Shown here in pieces: positions 27,197-40,147 of a DNA stretch of 64,000 nt. The position numbers and the translations under genes were made by a program. The notes beneath the pieces were generated by a model, which had not been told where the DNA came from, ran no database searches, and was given only the letters and a program-made list of their open reading frames with translations. Source of the DNA: Chara braunii (lineage: Eukaryota; Plantae; Charophyceae); NCBI GenBank assembly GCA_003427395.1, contig BFEA01000016.1, positions 2,874,102-2,938,101 of the forward strand. The letters run 5' to 3'. How positions within the stretch are numbered: position 1 is the first letter of the stretch; every line of letters begins with the position of its first letter.

Positions 27197-28175
27197 NNNN
27201 NNNNNNNNNNNNNNNNNNNNNNNNNNNNNNNNNNNNNNNNNNNNNNNNNNNNNNNNNNNNNNNNNNNNNNNNNNNNNNNNNNNNNNNNNNNNNNNNNNNN
27301 NNNNNNNNNNNNNNNNNNNNNNNNNNNNNNNNNNNNNNNNNNNNNNNNNNNNNNNNNNNNNNNNNNNNNNNNNNNNNNNNNNNNNNNNNNNNNNNNNNNN
27401 NNNNNNNNNNNNNNNNNNNNNNNNNNNNNNNNNNNNNNNNNNNNNNNNNNNNNNNNNNNNNNNNNNNNNNNNNNNNNNNNNNNNNNNNNNNNNNNNNNNN
27501 NNNNNNNNNNNNNNNNNNNNNNNNNNNNNNNNNNNNNNNNNNNNNNNNNNNNNNNNNNNNNNNNNNNNNNNNNNNNNNNNNNNNNNNNNNNNNNNNNNNN
27601 NNNNNNNNNNNNNNNNNNNNNNNNNNNNNNNNNNNNNNNNNNNNNNNNNNNNNNNNNNNNNNNNNNNNNNNNNNNNNNNNNNNNNNNNNNNNNNNNNNNN
27701 NNNNNNNNNNNNNNNNNNNNNNNNNNNNNNNNNNNNNNNNNNNNNNNNNNNNNNNNNNNNGAACTCAATGTGTGAGGCTTTACATATCACAATGAACACG
27801 TAGAGTTCATCGCTTGTGACATCCCGTGCCACGATCACCCCTCTGCCTCCTTCTCAGATGATCACTACAGCCATTATCTTCTGCATTCCCACTACTCTCC
27901 AGTCCTCTACTGCTCGTCACACTACCCTTCCCTAGTCCACAGTCGATATGCTCTCATACTTGTGTCTGTGTGTGGTCTGCTATTCAATAGGTGAACCTCC
28001 CAGAAATCCACCGGGCTAATCGTCCAAGTCGCGATGTTTCCTCTATAATCATTCCGTGAGTCCATCCATATTCCCATAGGTGAAGTTACCTTGTATTTTC
28101 ACTTTCCATGAATATGTATTTCACATGGTAATACGGGCACGCCTATGATTTTCCACTGGCATGACATCTTGCGTC

Positions 28176-29059
28176 CGCAAGCAAAATGCGCAATAGCGAG
28201 AGGACAATATTCCGATTGCACAATCACATTGAAAGCCAGATCATATCACAGTGTTCAGAAAGCAGCAATGCACCAATATGACACCAATGGAGAATCGTAG
28301 CACTGAAAAACCAATGTCAATGAGAGCTTGCTCCCGCCACCACCAACATATGCATCCAGTCCCTATCTCCCTACTTGGCGCTCGACGCCCAGACTACTTC
28401 CTACACAGCTACTACTAGCCTACTAATTGACAATGCAACTGTTGACGTCAGCAGCCTCCGAAGTACTTGAAGATGTCGCCCATGTAGACCATATATCCAA
28501 GCCCTCAGCTAGCTATGGAGGCTGGGCTATGGCGCTGCCCTCAGCAACGCCCTGCTTCTTGCACGACCGCACGCGCTTGCACCTCGCCTCTCAGCGCCAG
28601 CAGCAGCCCACGAGCGTTCGCTCCAGCAGCGCTGCCGCTAGCATGCGAGTGCCTGAATATCTCGCCAGGCAGTGAGCTCTTTCGTGTATGGAAAGAGCCT
28701 GCCTGTCTTCGCAGCCTGGCTGGCCTGGACCTGGGCCCAGAAGCTTCCGGTAGGCCCCAGGATGCTGCACCTCTGGTCCGGCTACTGGGCCTCATTCAGT
28801 TGGGCCTCCCAACTGTCTGTGTATGAGGCTGTGAATCTCGCCCAGGGCCCGCACTTTCGGAATTGCCTAGAAAGCCGTGGAATTTCCTTGCTGCTCGGCC
28901 TGTGTTTCCTCAACCAACTAGCGCGACGAAACTGCCTGGACCCCAAATACGAATTTGACAGCGTAGGACCTCTCGTGATTTGTTAGGCCTGCCTTCACTT
29001 AGGGCGGGCACATTTGCAGCAGGGGCCCCTCAGGCCTGCCGAGGACCCAGATCCTTGCA
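28176..29059 (-). repeat. 3' LTR
   Basis: Direct repeat of 37846..38830 that lacks ~110 bp; begins TG on the minus strand immediately after the PPT. Confidence 0.9.
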
Positions 29060-29078
29060 TTCCCTCCTCCTTTTCTTC
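29060..29078 (-). promoter_or_regulatory. Polypurine tract
   Basis: Reverse complement gaagaaaaggaggagggaa lies directly before the 3' LTR. Confidence 0.85.
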
Positions 29079-29098
29079 GATAGTCCTCTGAGAAGTCC

Positions 29099-30814
29099 TT
29101 ATGTAACAGGCTGCTTCCCTTTTAGCTTTCTCTCGTAACTTGAGATAATTTGGGGAGCAGTCTTCATTAATTCCTCTCTTGTGAACCACCGGTCTTCTTG
29201 AGGATCAATGTGATGTCTGAACCGGACTCGGTATTGCATCTGTGGCTTTGGCGGTCGGCCCCTTCCTGGAGGTTTGGGCACAGGCATCAGCTTGTGCTCG
29301 ATGATATCATCAATGTCCACGTGTCCGTCCTTGGTTGGGGGCAGCATTGATCTTCTGGAGGGAAACTGATCTGTGGCAGCGAAAGGTGCCAACTTGGATG
29401 CATGGAAAACAGGGTAAGTATGCAAGTGTGCAGGAATGCGAATCACGTATGAAGGCCCATCCGGTTGATCCCCTACAATGTCTAAGATCTCCCCGGTCCC
29501 AAAGTATTGTGGCATCAGTTTACGTGAAATCCCAAACTCCTGACCTAGTTCAGATGACTTTACCCAGACTCTATCACCTACCTGGAAGTTAGAGGGCCAT
29601 CTATGTTTATTTTCATATGCGATTATAGCATCCTGAGACTTTCTAATATGTTCGACGCCCTGCTGCAGCATCTGTTCATAATTAACAGCAAACTCTATGT
29701 TGCCAGGTGCTGCAGTGGGTTGCCTTTCTGGTAGCAGAAAGTCAAGTGCAGTTATGGGCTTACAGCCAAGGTGCAGCTGGTTGGGAGTCATACCAGTAGT
29801 ATTGTGCACAACATTTTTGTACAGGCTGGCGACGAGAGGAAACGTCTCGTCCCAGTCATCCTGACTTCGCTTAATATAATGCCGAAGCAGGTGCTGTACT
29901 ACCCGGTTCATCTGTTCTGCCTGACCATTTGACTCAGGGTGATTCCCTGACGTCATTTGCAGCTTGGTACCCATCTGCTCAGTTGTCGCCTGCCACAGTT
30001 CGCTGGTAAACTTTACATCCCTATCACTTACTATCGACGTAGGTAGTCCAAAATCCCTAACCCAGTTATCCAGAAATAGTTTAATGACATAGCCAGTTTT
30101 AGCAGTTTCTGGCATAGCGATAAGTCTTGCATACTTAGAAAAGTGGTCTACTATCACGAAGATGTGCCTTTTTCCAGACCTGCTGGTCACAAGAGTATCC
30201 ATGAAGTCCATGGACACACTCTGACCAGGACCTTCAGGAATTGGCAAGGGCTTGAGGAGCCCAAGCGGAGCCTGAGTCCTGGGTTTGTCCCTTTGGCAAA
30301 CCTGGCAAGTTTCAACGTACTTTTTCGCATCTTGCATCATAGTGGGCCACCAAAAATTCTGCACCGAGTTAGCTGAAGTCTTTTTATAACCAAAATGGCC
30401 AGTTGCATCATGACACTCACCTAGAAATAAACTACGTAAAGACTCTCTATTAGGCACACACAATCTTTTATTCCCTGCCTTCTCAAGAAACAGCAAGCCG
30501 TCTACCATCCTAAATTCACCCAAAGTCACTTTGTCCTTTGCTTGGAATTTACAAATGATCGCAGACATAACTGGATCTTGCTGATATGCTTCCACCAATG
30601 ATCGAGTTAGATCGTTAGATATGCCAAATTCAGTAACTAACGCGCTCAGATAATCTGCCCGGCGAGATAATGCATCAGCCACTTTGTTGTACTCTCCCTT
30701 GATTGGATCAAGTTGATAGTCACACATGTCTATCACTTGTATCCATCGCTTGAGTGCATCAGAGAGCACAAGTTGTTTCTTGATCCAGCGCAAGGTCTCA
30801 TGGTCAGATCTCAC
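29099..30814 (-). CDS. RNase H end, integrase (HHCC, DDE, GPY/F-like) and chromodomain
   Basis: NKVADALSR; H..GH..CQVC; SMDF..IVSDRD..GQAE; YPVFHASKL; IDDIIEHK..QYRVRF..EDRW. Confidence 0.9.
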   Translation of the reverse strand: MRSDHETLRWIKKQLVLSDALKRWIQVIDMCDYQLDPIKGEYNKVADALSRRADYLSALVTEFGISNDLTRSLVEAYQQDPVMSAIICKFQAKDKVTLGEFRMVDGLLFLEKAGNKRLCVPNRESLRSLFLGECHDATGHFGYKKTSANSVQNFWWPTMMQDAKKYVETCQVCQRDKPRTQAPLGLLKPLPIPEGPGQSVSMDFMDTLVTSRSGKRHIFVIVDHFSKYARLIAMPETAKTGYVIKLFLDNWVRDFGLPTSIVSDRDVKFTSELWQATTEQMGTKLQMTSGNHPESNGQAEQMNRVVQHLLRHYIKRSQDDWDETFPLVASLYKNVVHNTTGMTPNQLHLGCKPITALDFLLPERQPTAAPGNIEFAVNYEQMLQQGVEHIRKSQDAIIAYENKHRWPSNFQVGDRVWVKSSELGQEFGISRKLMPQYFGTGEILDIVGDQPDGPSYVIRIPAHLHTYPVFHASKLAPFAATDQFPSRRSMLPPTKDGHVDIDDIIEHKLMPVPKPPGRGRPPKPQMQYRVRFRHHIDPQEDRWFTREELMKTAPQIISSYERKLKGKQPVT

Positions 30815-33051
30815 GTAGAAGAATCTGCCTAGGAGATAATGTCTCCAATGAACCAGCGCTCTTACGTGGACTTCGCTAGCTTTTGAGATGGCATCTTCTT
30901 ACTCATATACTCGATAGGGCATAGAGCTCACGCTCATACGTGGACTTTGCTAGCTTTTGAGATGGCATCTTCTTACTCATATACTCGATTGGTCTCAACT
31001 TTGGCCCCTCCTTTTGCGCAAGGACCGTGCCTATGCCATATTGGCTGGCGTCTGTGGTCACAACAAAGGGTTTATCAGGATCAGGAAATTTGAGGACTTC
31101 ATAGTGGGTCAAAGCATACTTCAGTTTCCTGAAGGCCACCTCACACTCTTCAGTCCACTCCCAAGGGGTGTCAAGTCGAGTTAGATCTGTTAATGGGAAG
31201 CTATAGTACTATAGCTCTTAACAAACGGACGATAGTAGCCCGTCATCCCCAAAAACGATCTAACCTCAGTAACAGTCTGAGGTATGGGCCAGTCACGTAT
31301 GTTGGCCACCTTAGCATCACCGGGCCTCAATCCATCCGTTGAGATTTCATGACCCAAGTACAAGATCTTGGTGCGACCGAACTCGCATTTCTCCAAGTTA
31401 ACCTTGTACTGGTACTGTCTTAGGAGACCTAGCACTATTTTCAAGTGCCCAGCGTGGTCCTCTGCAGTCTTGCTAAAGATTAGAATATTTTCGAGGTACA
31501 CGCCGATAAACTTTTATAAGTACTCATGAAATATCCTATTCATGGCGTGCTGGAATGTCCTAGGGGCATTGCATAGGCCAAAGGGCATCACCACAAACTC
31601 GTACAGACCGTACCTAGTCTGAAAAGCGGTTTTGTGCTGGTCCTCAAGTCTAATAGCAATTTGATGGTATCCGGACGTTAGATCTATCTTAGTGAAGTAC
31701 CGACATCCTTGCACTCTATCCTGGGACAAATAAGACTTGCGCACCGTAAGGGAAGGTATTGGGTCGAATCCATCCCTTTTCTGTGAGCTTCTTGAGTTGG
31801 TGCTGTCTTAGGAGACCTAGCACTATTTTCAAGTGCCCATTGTGGTCCTCTGCAGTCTTGCTAAAGATAAGAATATTGTCGAGGTACACGACGATGAACT
31901 TGTCTAAGTACTCATGAAATATCCTATTCATGGCGTGCTAGAATGTCCCAGGGGCATTGCGTAGGCCAAAGGGCATCACCACAAACTCGTACAGACCGTA
32001 CCTGGTCTGAAAAGCGGTTTTGTGTTGGTCCTCAGGTCTAATAGCAATTTGATGGTACCAAGACTTTAGATCTATCTTAGTGAAGTACCAGGACTTCAGA
32101 TTTATCTTAGGTCGTCGATGCGGGGTAGGGGCTCCCCGTTCTTAACGGTGATGGCATTCAGGCCCCTATAGTCAATGCACATCCTCAGGATACCTCCCTT
32201 CTTTGGGACAAATAAGACTTTCGCACCGTAAGGGGAGATACTAGCTCGAATCCATCCCTTTTTTGTGAGCTCCTTGAGCTGGCGACGGAGCTCATCCAAC
32301 TCCGCAGGAGACATCCTATAGATTCGTCCTCTAAGTACCTTACTACCTGGGACAACTTCTATTGCATGGACGACCTCCCTTTATACCACGCCTGTGGGCT
32401 CCTCGAAAAGGTCTGAATATGTTGCGACGACTGATTCTATCTCTGGGGGTGTTTTAACGACCTCCCCTTTTTCAGAGACAAAGGCTAGATACATGCCCTC
32501 CTCATGATTCTGCTTGTAGTAATAGAAAGAGAAAGCACACATGCAGCCGTAGTTCTCCACTAGACTGCTAGCCTTATACTTCTGCAGTCTAACAGTCCTA
32601 CCATTTGGCAACTTAACAACACCTTCCTATCCCAATCAAACTGAGGTTGAGCAAGCTCGAGGTAGTACATGCCTAGTAACATGTCGAAGGGCAGTTCGTC
32701 GGTAATTAGGAATGAGATTTTATGTCTCACTTCCCCTCCTCCATAAGAGAAGGAACAGACTACGTCCTTGACATAGTCTTTAACAATCATTTGGTGCTTG
32801 TTCGCCAACGTAGAAGCTACAATTCTGCTAAGCTGCTGCACTTGGTCCCCTAAGCGCAGTCTATCCACACAAGCACGACTGATGAAGTTTCGTGTAGAGT
32901 CTATGTCTGCGAAGGCGCCAACTTTGCGGCCACCTACATCAACCTCTACCACAAAATGTTCACCCTTTGGACCTCTTTTGATCATCGCCCAAGAGTCTCT
33001 GGGGTCCTTCCCTGACCACTCAGTCTCTAACTCTTCTAGGGCCTCAAACAC
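30815..33051 (-). pseudogene. Gypsy protease, RT and RNase H, fragmented and with internal duplications
   Basis: AFADIDSTRNFIS (protease), [46 protein letters not shown]. Confidence 0.9.
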
Positions 33052-33154
33052 ATCTCTCGAACAGAGTGTCGAGGGGTCTGAATGTGTCTACGGGGTGATA
33101 CATGGGTCACTAGCCCTGGCCAACGCCTGAAGTGGGGAAGGCAACATTACCACT

Positions 33155-36100
33155 TCAGCGCGAGATGTTTCCCTGCAAAGTGCTCGCAGAAGCACTCATA
33201 GGGGTCGAAGATAAGCCCACTACCGTTGGAGAGGCTACCTTCGTAGTGATCTTCTTACCTCGACACGTTCTAGACGTGTGGCCATAATTGCCACAGTTCA
33301 TGCCCGTGCCCCTGGCAACTCGGTCCCTCCATACCTCGTAATCTAAACCAAGTTTTACCCATGCGGGTGTTCCTTGGTCGCCCTGACCTGTGGACCGTAC
33401 TACCTTCTTTTTCCCGGTCCCCCTAGCCTTTTCCTTGATAGGGGCCACGACTCCCCCATTCGAAGTCTCACTGGCCCCATCATGCTCTGTCTCATCCCTT
33501 AGATTTGGGAACTCGTCAGTCTCCGTTGTTTGACCATCATGGTCAACGAACATTAACTGACCCTCCTTCTTTCAGTCATGGTGAAGCTTCTTCCTCCCTG
33601 ACTCTGATGCGTGGATCCCAACTTCGCCTTTATGTCTAAGACCTTCTTGCTGAAATAAGCGAAGTTGCGTTGTTCGACATAGGCCTTGTCTACCAACTTA
33701 GTCCTAACCTCTGAAGGCAGACATCTTAGGTAATCTGTGAGGAGAACCTGCTGGTCATAGCGCACACCAGGTACCACGAGCAGACGTTCTACGGTATTCG
33801 CGAGCTCACGAACATTCTTGTACCTTCTGGCACAAAGATTGTTGATTGCATCTGTGGCCTTTTGAGCCCCTTGAGGGTCATGCCATCTATTATACACGGA
33901 CCGTACGAACTCTTCCAATGTCTGGGCCTGGGCGTAGCCCTGTTGCTGCACTACCTTCTTAACCTGAAAAAAACGTAGCCCTGTTGCTGCACTACCTTCT
34001 TAACCCCAAGAAAACGTACGTACGTTATATTCGAATTACCTCTGGAAATCAGGTTTTCAGAAATCGCTTGTTTTTCCCCGAATAGAACGTACGTTCGAAT
34101 ATAGCGTACGTACGTTGTATTCGAGTACAACGTGCATATGTTGTATTCAAAATTTTGGTACTTTGATTTTACAAAAATAATCAAAAATATCCGAAAAATA
34201 TAAAATGTTATACAACAATGCAATACAAACAACGTTTGCCTGAAGGGTCTTATCGAAATTCATGAAACAATTCGAGAAAAAAGTAACAACGAGGATGGAA
34301 ATGTTTTTTACTGATTTTTTCAGAATTTCGATAAAAAAAACTTCAGTAAAAAATCCCAAAAAAAAGTATGTTGTACAACATTGCAATCCAAACAACTTTT
34401 GCCCGAGGGTCTTGGCGAAATTTCCAACCAAATTTGAGATAAAAATAAAAACAATGGCGGTACTACAGATTTCTAAAAAGTTGTACCCTAAAACCATGGT
34501 AACCGCCCGGACGTCCGGACCGGGTTCCAGACAGTCCGGTGTCCGGTGTCTGGTGTCCGGTGTCCGGTCCCCATGTTTGGATGGAGGCCCGTGGGGCAAA
34601 AATCCAAAAAAAAAATTGGGCGGCCCAGGACATTTGTCGGGTCCTAGCCGCCCCTCGAAAAATAGCGGGGTGATTTTTAAGTGTCCTTTCACCCCACCGG
34701 ACATGGCCTAGAGGTCCAGACACAAGACACTTCAAGTTTTTGAGGTGGCGGGTTTCGCACAGGCCTGAGCAATTTCAAAGCGCCCGTTTCGACGTGGCGC
34801 CCGCCGCTGCTGCTCGTTAGGCGGAGAGAGAGAGAGCACGGACAGTGCTGCCAGTCTGAAGACTTTGAGGTTCTGAATTGAACTGCAAAGTTATGTATGA
34901 CTATTATGAAGTTATTACTACATCCAAAGTTCAAAGTTGTCATACTTTTTTTTTTTTTTAATTAGTTGTTTCTTTAGTCTTGTGCCTGCTTTGCACTGTT
35001 TGCAACTTTGCATGTCTGCTAGTTGAATGTGCTGGTTGATTTGCTGCAAGACACGTGCTCTGCTGCCTGAACTACAGAGTGCAAAGCAGGTAAGTGCCTG
35101 CCAACACCCCCACNNNNNNNNNNNNNNNNNNNNNNNNNNNNNNNNNNNNNNNNNNNNNNNNNNNNNNNNNNNNNNNNNNNNNNNNNNNNNNNNNNNNNNN
35201 NNNNNNNNNNNNNNNNNNNNNNNNNNNNNNNNNNNNNNNNNNNNNNNNNNNNNNNNNNNNNNNNNNNNNNNNNNNNNNNNNNNNNNNNNNNNNNNNNNNN
35301 NNNNNNNNNNNNNNNNNNNNNNNNNNNNNNNNNNNNNNNNNNNNNNNNNNNNNNNNNNNNNNNNNNNNNNNNNNNNNNNNNNNNNNNNNNNNNNNNNNNN
35401 NNNGTTGTATTCGTATACAAGGTACGTACGTTTTTTTCGGGTTAAGAAGGTAGGCCATTCAACCAACGGCTGCTGACCCTTCTAAAAAGAAGGCAGTTAC
35501 TACAACTTCTTGCTCCGGCCTAGTGAGCTTGTGCCTCACATAGGTAGGCATCGTCCTCACCCAGGTATCCAAATCCTCGTCCTTCTTCCTGTCGCCCGAG
35601 AAGGGCTTAGGACTCAGCAAGGGTATTTTGGGCATCCACTTCATAGGCTGCATTGGCCCTGGAGATTGTTGCAGTGGCTGCATAGCCACCGAAATAGGTT
35701 GCTGCACACTAACCTGGGCCTTAGTAACTATTGTCGTGGATGGCATGGCAAAAGTTTTAAGAACCGGACCACTACCTACTAGGTGACTACTCGAAGGAGG
35801 AATGCCAAACATAGGAGAGAAGGATGGCCCTATTGGGGACGGCGTCAATGAGTGGCCCGCGCCCGAAGGGGGAGCTACAACATACCGAGGCTGCCTCATC
35901 ATGGGACAAGGAGCATGCAGTGCAGCCAGAATTTGCTTCCGGCCTGCCACTAGTTCGGCCAGCACTTCCTGCTGAACAGCCTGCGCTTCAGCCACGCAGA
36001 GGAGCGAGTTACGCAGCGCTCGCATCGCAGGGTCAAGTGTTGACTCATCTAATGCTTCTAATCTGCCTAGCTCCTGTCTCCTACTCCCTAGTTTGTTTTT

Positions 36101-36561
36101 TCTCAAAATAGCTCGCTCTCCCCTCACCGCTGCCTCCTCGACTGCCGCTGCAACTCATCATGAAGTTCCTCTGCCTGGAGGATCTCATAATCCTCTGGTG
36201 TGAGTGGCATCTGCTAGCTGACTTGTGAGCCAACAGATTGACTAACAGAACTCTGAGGACTGACACGTGACGAAGAGGCCTCGGACAAGGCCTGTGACAC
36301 TGTAGAGGAGGTAGCCATCGCAACCTCAACCTGAACTCTAGCGTCCGCTAGTCTTGCTGCTGCAACTGTCCATTCAGCGTTGGTTGTTGTTGTCCTAGAC
36401 CTCTCTAATATCGTCCTTTCCCTGGCTTCCCTTCGCAGCCGACTTTCCTCTCCCTGACCTAACTCCAAGAAGGTAATTGGTTGACTGAGTGCAGTTCTAT
36501 GAGTCACTCTAAGATGTTCCACTACTCGTTCTTCCTTCTCACTACCGCCTACATCACTCAT
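33155..36561 (-). pseudogene. Gypsy gag, interrupted by a TIR element
   Basis: PKPFSGDR..LDTW..FLEGSAA (35459..36127) continues as VQQQGY..(33553..33951); degenerate knuckle NCGNYGHTSRTC. Confidence 0.82.
33954..35450. mobile_element. Non-autonomous TIR element with TA duplication (Tc1/mariner-like TSD) inserted in gag
   Basis: TA|ccttcttaacc..aaaacgtacgtac ... gtacgtacgtttttttcgggttaagaagg|TA. Removing it restores gag ..NGL|VQQQGY. The interior contains a gap. Confidence 0.82.
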
Positions 36562-37830
36562 CAGTTATAGTGTGTGTGATCTAAACTAGATTCCACATTG
36601 AACCCTACCTCAGCATGACACACAACCGGGTATGATCAAACACCTAATTCCGGTCAACCTGGAGAGAAGTAGTCAAGTAATAACCAACAATCAATGTCAG
36701 GTCCCACAGGTAAGTTTTAATCTTATTTTTAGATTACTCTTACACAGATTGCAATGCAGCAGGGAAAATAACTAACCTATCTGCAGTTGTCTGTTAGTTG
36801 TTAACAAGTCCATAATAACTGAATAATCAAAAATAAAATAACCTACCTGTTGAGATGCATGCTGGATGGCAGTTTGTCTTAATTAATGCCACCGCGAACA
36901 GTTACCCGAATCCCCCCCTCTCCCTGTATCCTTCTTGAGTTGTCACTTTGTGTCAACGCCTTGAGCATCTGGTTGAGCAGCATGTCTGAAGGTGTGCAAT
37001 CCGGCCCACCCATGTGCCCCAAGTCAACGCCGAACCTGCCAGCCCCTGCACTTTATTTATCCTCGCATGCAACGAGCCTTACACCCGGTTTGATCTGGCT
37101 GAGCAGGAGGCATTTAAGGAGATCCCCCGTAACTCCTCAGGAATTATTTAACGCCGCAGACAGGACGACGATCACAGCCAGAATCGACACCGAGTCCCCG
37201 CCAGAAATATTTAAAGACGGTCTGGTAAGCATCTGTTCAAAGGGCTGGCATGCCCTGCATGACCTCTATTGCGCAGCAGCAGAACCAAGGACTTGCGGCA
37301 AAGCATGCGTGTACTAGTCCCAACGGGTTGGCATGGCGACCGTGACCCGAGTGCTTCGTCCAGGGCCCTTCAGAGGCAACGCCCGTCTCCCACCAGCTTG
37401 CTGCCCAGGAAGAATGTTGACTCTCAAGGTTGAGCGCTCGCGACACCTCACATTGAGAGGACTCTCAAGACAGAACTCACTTCCTCACGGTAAGAAGCAA
37501 TGAAGAGGGTAGATAAGGAAGGAAGCAATGTACCTCATAATGCTGCCCCCAATCACAGATTTCTCACCGACAACCTGATGTGCATTTATGATGACCGGTC
37601 TTTGCCTCGGCACAACCAACAGCATAATGCAGTTCCACCTCGGCTTCAATGCCACATCAGCGAGCTCTCATCATCCAGCTTACACCCCTAATGTCACCGC
37701 ATAGCTTCCTGGCGCGCCCACACAACCCTGGGCCGCCTTATGTCCAACGCCCAAGCCTTATCAATGCCCCACACCACATCCGAAGCACCGGACAGCTATT
37801 GCGAAGAACCAATGAGCACAGTCCGAACCA

Positions 37831-37842
37831 GCTCCGATACCA
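37831..37842 (-). promoter_or_regulatory. Primer binding site, initiator tRNA-Met type
   Basis: Reverse complement TGGTATCGGAGC (canonical TGGTATCAGAGC), 3 nt inside the 5' LTR end. Confidence 0.85.
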
Positions 37843-37845
37843 AAT

Positions 37846-38830
37846 TGCAAGGAAAATGAGCAATAGCGTGATGACAATATTCAGATTGCACAATCACATT
37901 GAAAGCCAGATCGTATCACAGTGTTCAGAAAGCAGCAATGCACCAATATGACACCAATGGAGAATCGTAGCACTGAAAAACCAATGTCAATGAAAGCTTG
38001 CTCCCGCCACCACCAACATATGTATCCAGTCCCTATCTCCCTACTTGGCTCTCGGCGCCCAGACTACTCCCTACACAGCTACTACTAGCCTACTAATTGA
38101 TAATGCAACTGTTGACGTCAGCAGCCTCCGGAGTACTGGAAGATGTCGCCTATGCAGACCATCGCCAATACCAGGTATGTGCCCTCACATCATCATCATC
38201 CTTCTCTCTCTCTCCTCCGTCTTCCCACGTCTTCCCGTTTGTACACCCGAAGACCACCCCTGCGCCTCACTGTATATCCAAGCCCTCAGCCAGCTATGGA
38301 GGCGGGGCTATGGCGCTGCCCTCAGTAACGCCCTGCTTCTTGCACAGCCGCACGCGCTTGCACCTCGCCTCTCAGCGCCAGCAGCAGCCCACGAGCGTTC
38401 GCTCCAGCAGCGCCACCGCTAGCATGCGAGTGCCTGAATATCTCGCCAGGCAGTGAGCTCTTTACTATATGGAAAGAGCCTGCCTGTCTTCGCAGCCTGG
38501 CTGGCCTGGGCCTGGGCCCAGAAGCTTCCGGTAGGCCCCAGGATGCTGCGCCTCTGGTGCGGCTACTGGGCCTCATTCAGTTGGGCCTCCCAATTGTCTG
38601 TGTATGAGGCTGCGAATCTCGCCCAGGGCCTGCACTTTCGAAATTGCGTAGAAGGTCGTGGAATTTCCTTGCTGCTCGGCCTGTGTTTCCTCAGCGACGA
38701 AACTGCCTGGACCCCAAATATGAATATGACAGTTTAGGGTCTCTCGTGATTTGTTAGGCCCGCCTTCACTTAGGGTGGGCACATTTGCAGCAGGGGCCCC
38801 TCAGGCCTGCCGAGGACCCAGATCCTCGCA
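37846..38830 (-). repeat. 5' LTR (TG...CA)
   Basis: Direct repeat of 28176..29059, flanked by the PBS and the TSD. Confidence 0.9.
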
Positions 38831-39368
38831 CGTCGCTGAAGTTCCAATCAACTGTTGACATCCCAAGTCCGGATATATGTTGGTCCCCAAATCCAGTTCG
38901 TATCCATCTGGTGTGAACATTCAGCTGCCGTGTGTTTGGATTATAACCCAGTTTTCAAGTCGTGAAATTATCCTTGTCCTCACCTGCTATATATTTCGTT
39001 ATGGGATCTGTTCTCCACACATATAATTATATCAGCCATGCCCGAGTTTGATTGTCGATTGTTGTTCTCAAGATTTTCCGGCCATTTCTTTTTCATTTTT
39101 CACGTTCCAGTTCCCCATTTTTCGCTCTGAACTAACATATCACAAATCTCTTCATTTCATCTGGGCAGTTTCTCAAGAAAGCGTTGACCACATTCAGAAC
39201 GACATTTTCTTGGTAGCGCAGCAGTCTCAGTTCTGTCTATAACAACTCACAAATGTCCGGAACGTCGTTATATTCATACATATTTGCAAGCATTATGTGC
39301 ACTGTGCCTATGATTGTGAGGATTTCAGTCTTCAAAGAACCCTGACTCCCGAAATGCCGCATAGTCCG

Positions 39369-39371
<3 letters not shown>

Positions 39372-39441
<70 letters not shown>
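39372..39441. repeat. (AG)n microsatellite
   Basis: Direct reading. Confidence 0.95.
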
Positions 39442-39443
<2 letters not shown>

Positions 39444-40147
39444 AGCATGGCAGAGGCGAAAGGTCACAGTCAACTGCAGATGGGGGGCAGAGCCCGTCCG
39501 TCCACACTGCTGCATAAATAGAAAAGAAAGGTTACATTTCCTGTCTACGTGTCACAGTCTGATTGATTGGTGGGGATGGGACCCCCTCCCCCTTCTGAAC
39601 ATGCTATAGGAAAACATTCATTTTCTGTCTTGTGTCATGGCTGTGTTGATGTGGGTCGGTGGAGGCAGGGGGGGTGGAAGCACAAGCCTTAATGAAGAAG
39701 GCTACTGTGTCGCACACGTCACTAATTTGTCCTCCCAAATTTTGTGTGGGTGGAAGCCCTCCCGGGGAAGGCTAGTGCCAATTATATTGCGTCTAGGTAT
39801 GATGCTTCTCTGCCTGAAGCAGCTTATGGTGTTGCCATCTTCAGTAACTGTTAATTGTCTTCACAGTCCCGTATGAGAAGGTGAAGCCCACTCAAAAGGC
39901 CCATTTGCATCTAAGAGTGTGATGTCCCAACATTTGAGAATGTCCGTGTAAGGTTGAAACAGGTCCAACCTTATTGGCGATCGTGACCATGAGCCCAGTT
40001 CCCAAGGGCAGTGGTCCTATTTTGGCTCAAGTTCACTGGCAAAGTGTTCCAGGCACTGAAAAACTCCTCAGGATAGGTTATGTCTGCAAATATGGTGTAG
40101 GTGGGTAGAAAGTTACTAGAAACGAAGTCCATTTTTTATGGGCCCTA

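Larger units (their letters stand above)
28176..38830 (-). mobile_element. Ty3/gypsy LTR retrotransposon with chromodomain integrase (chromovirus-like), degenerate
   Basis: Paired LTRs, PBS, PPT, gag-PR-RT-RH-IN order, and a 4-bp TSD CGTC at 28172..28175 and 38831..38834. Confidence 0.93.

Noticed and set aside
26908-27838. ORFs spanning N-runs or microsatellites (also 4447, 34918, 52371, 62736)
   Set aside because: Artefacts of gaps and dinucleotide repeats.
33950-33960. CACTA-type terminus
   Set aside because: The right end is not TAGTG; restoring gag shows that CAC is host sequence and TA is the duplication.
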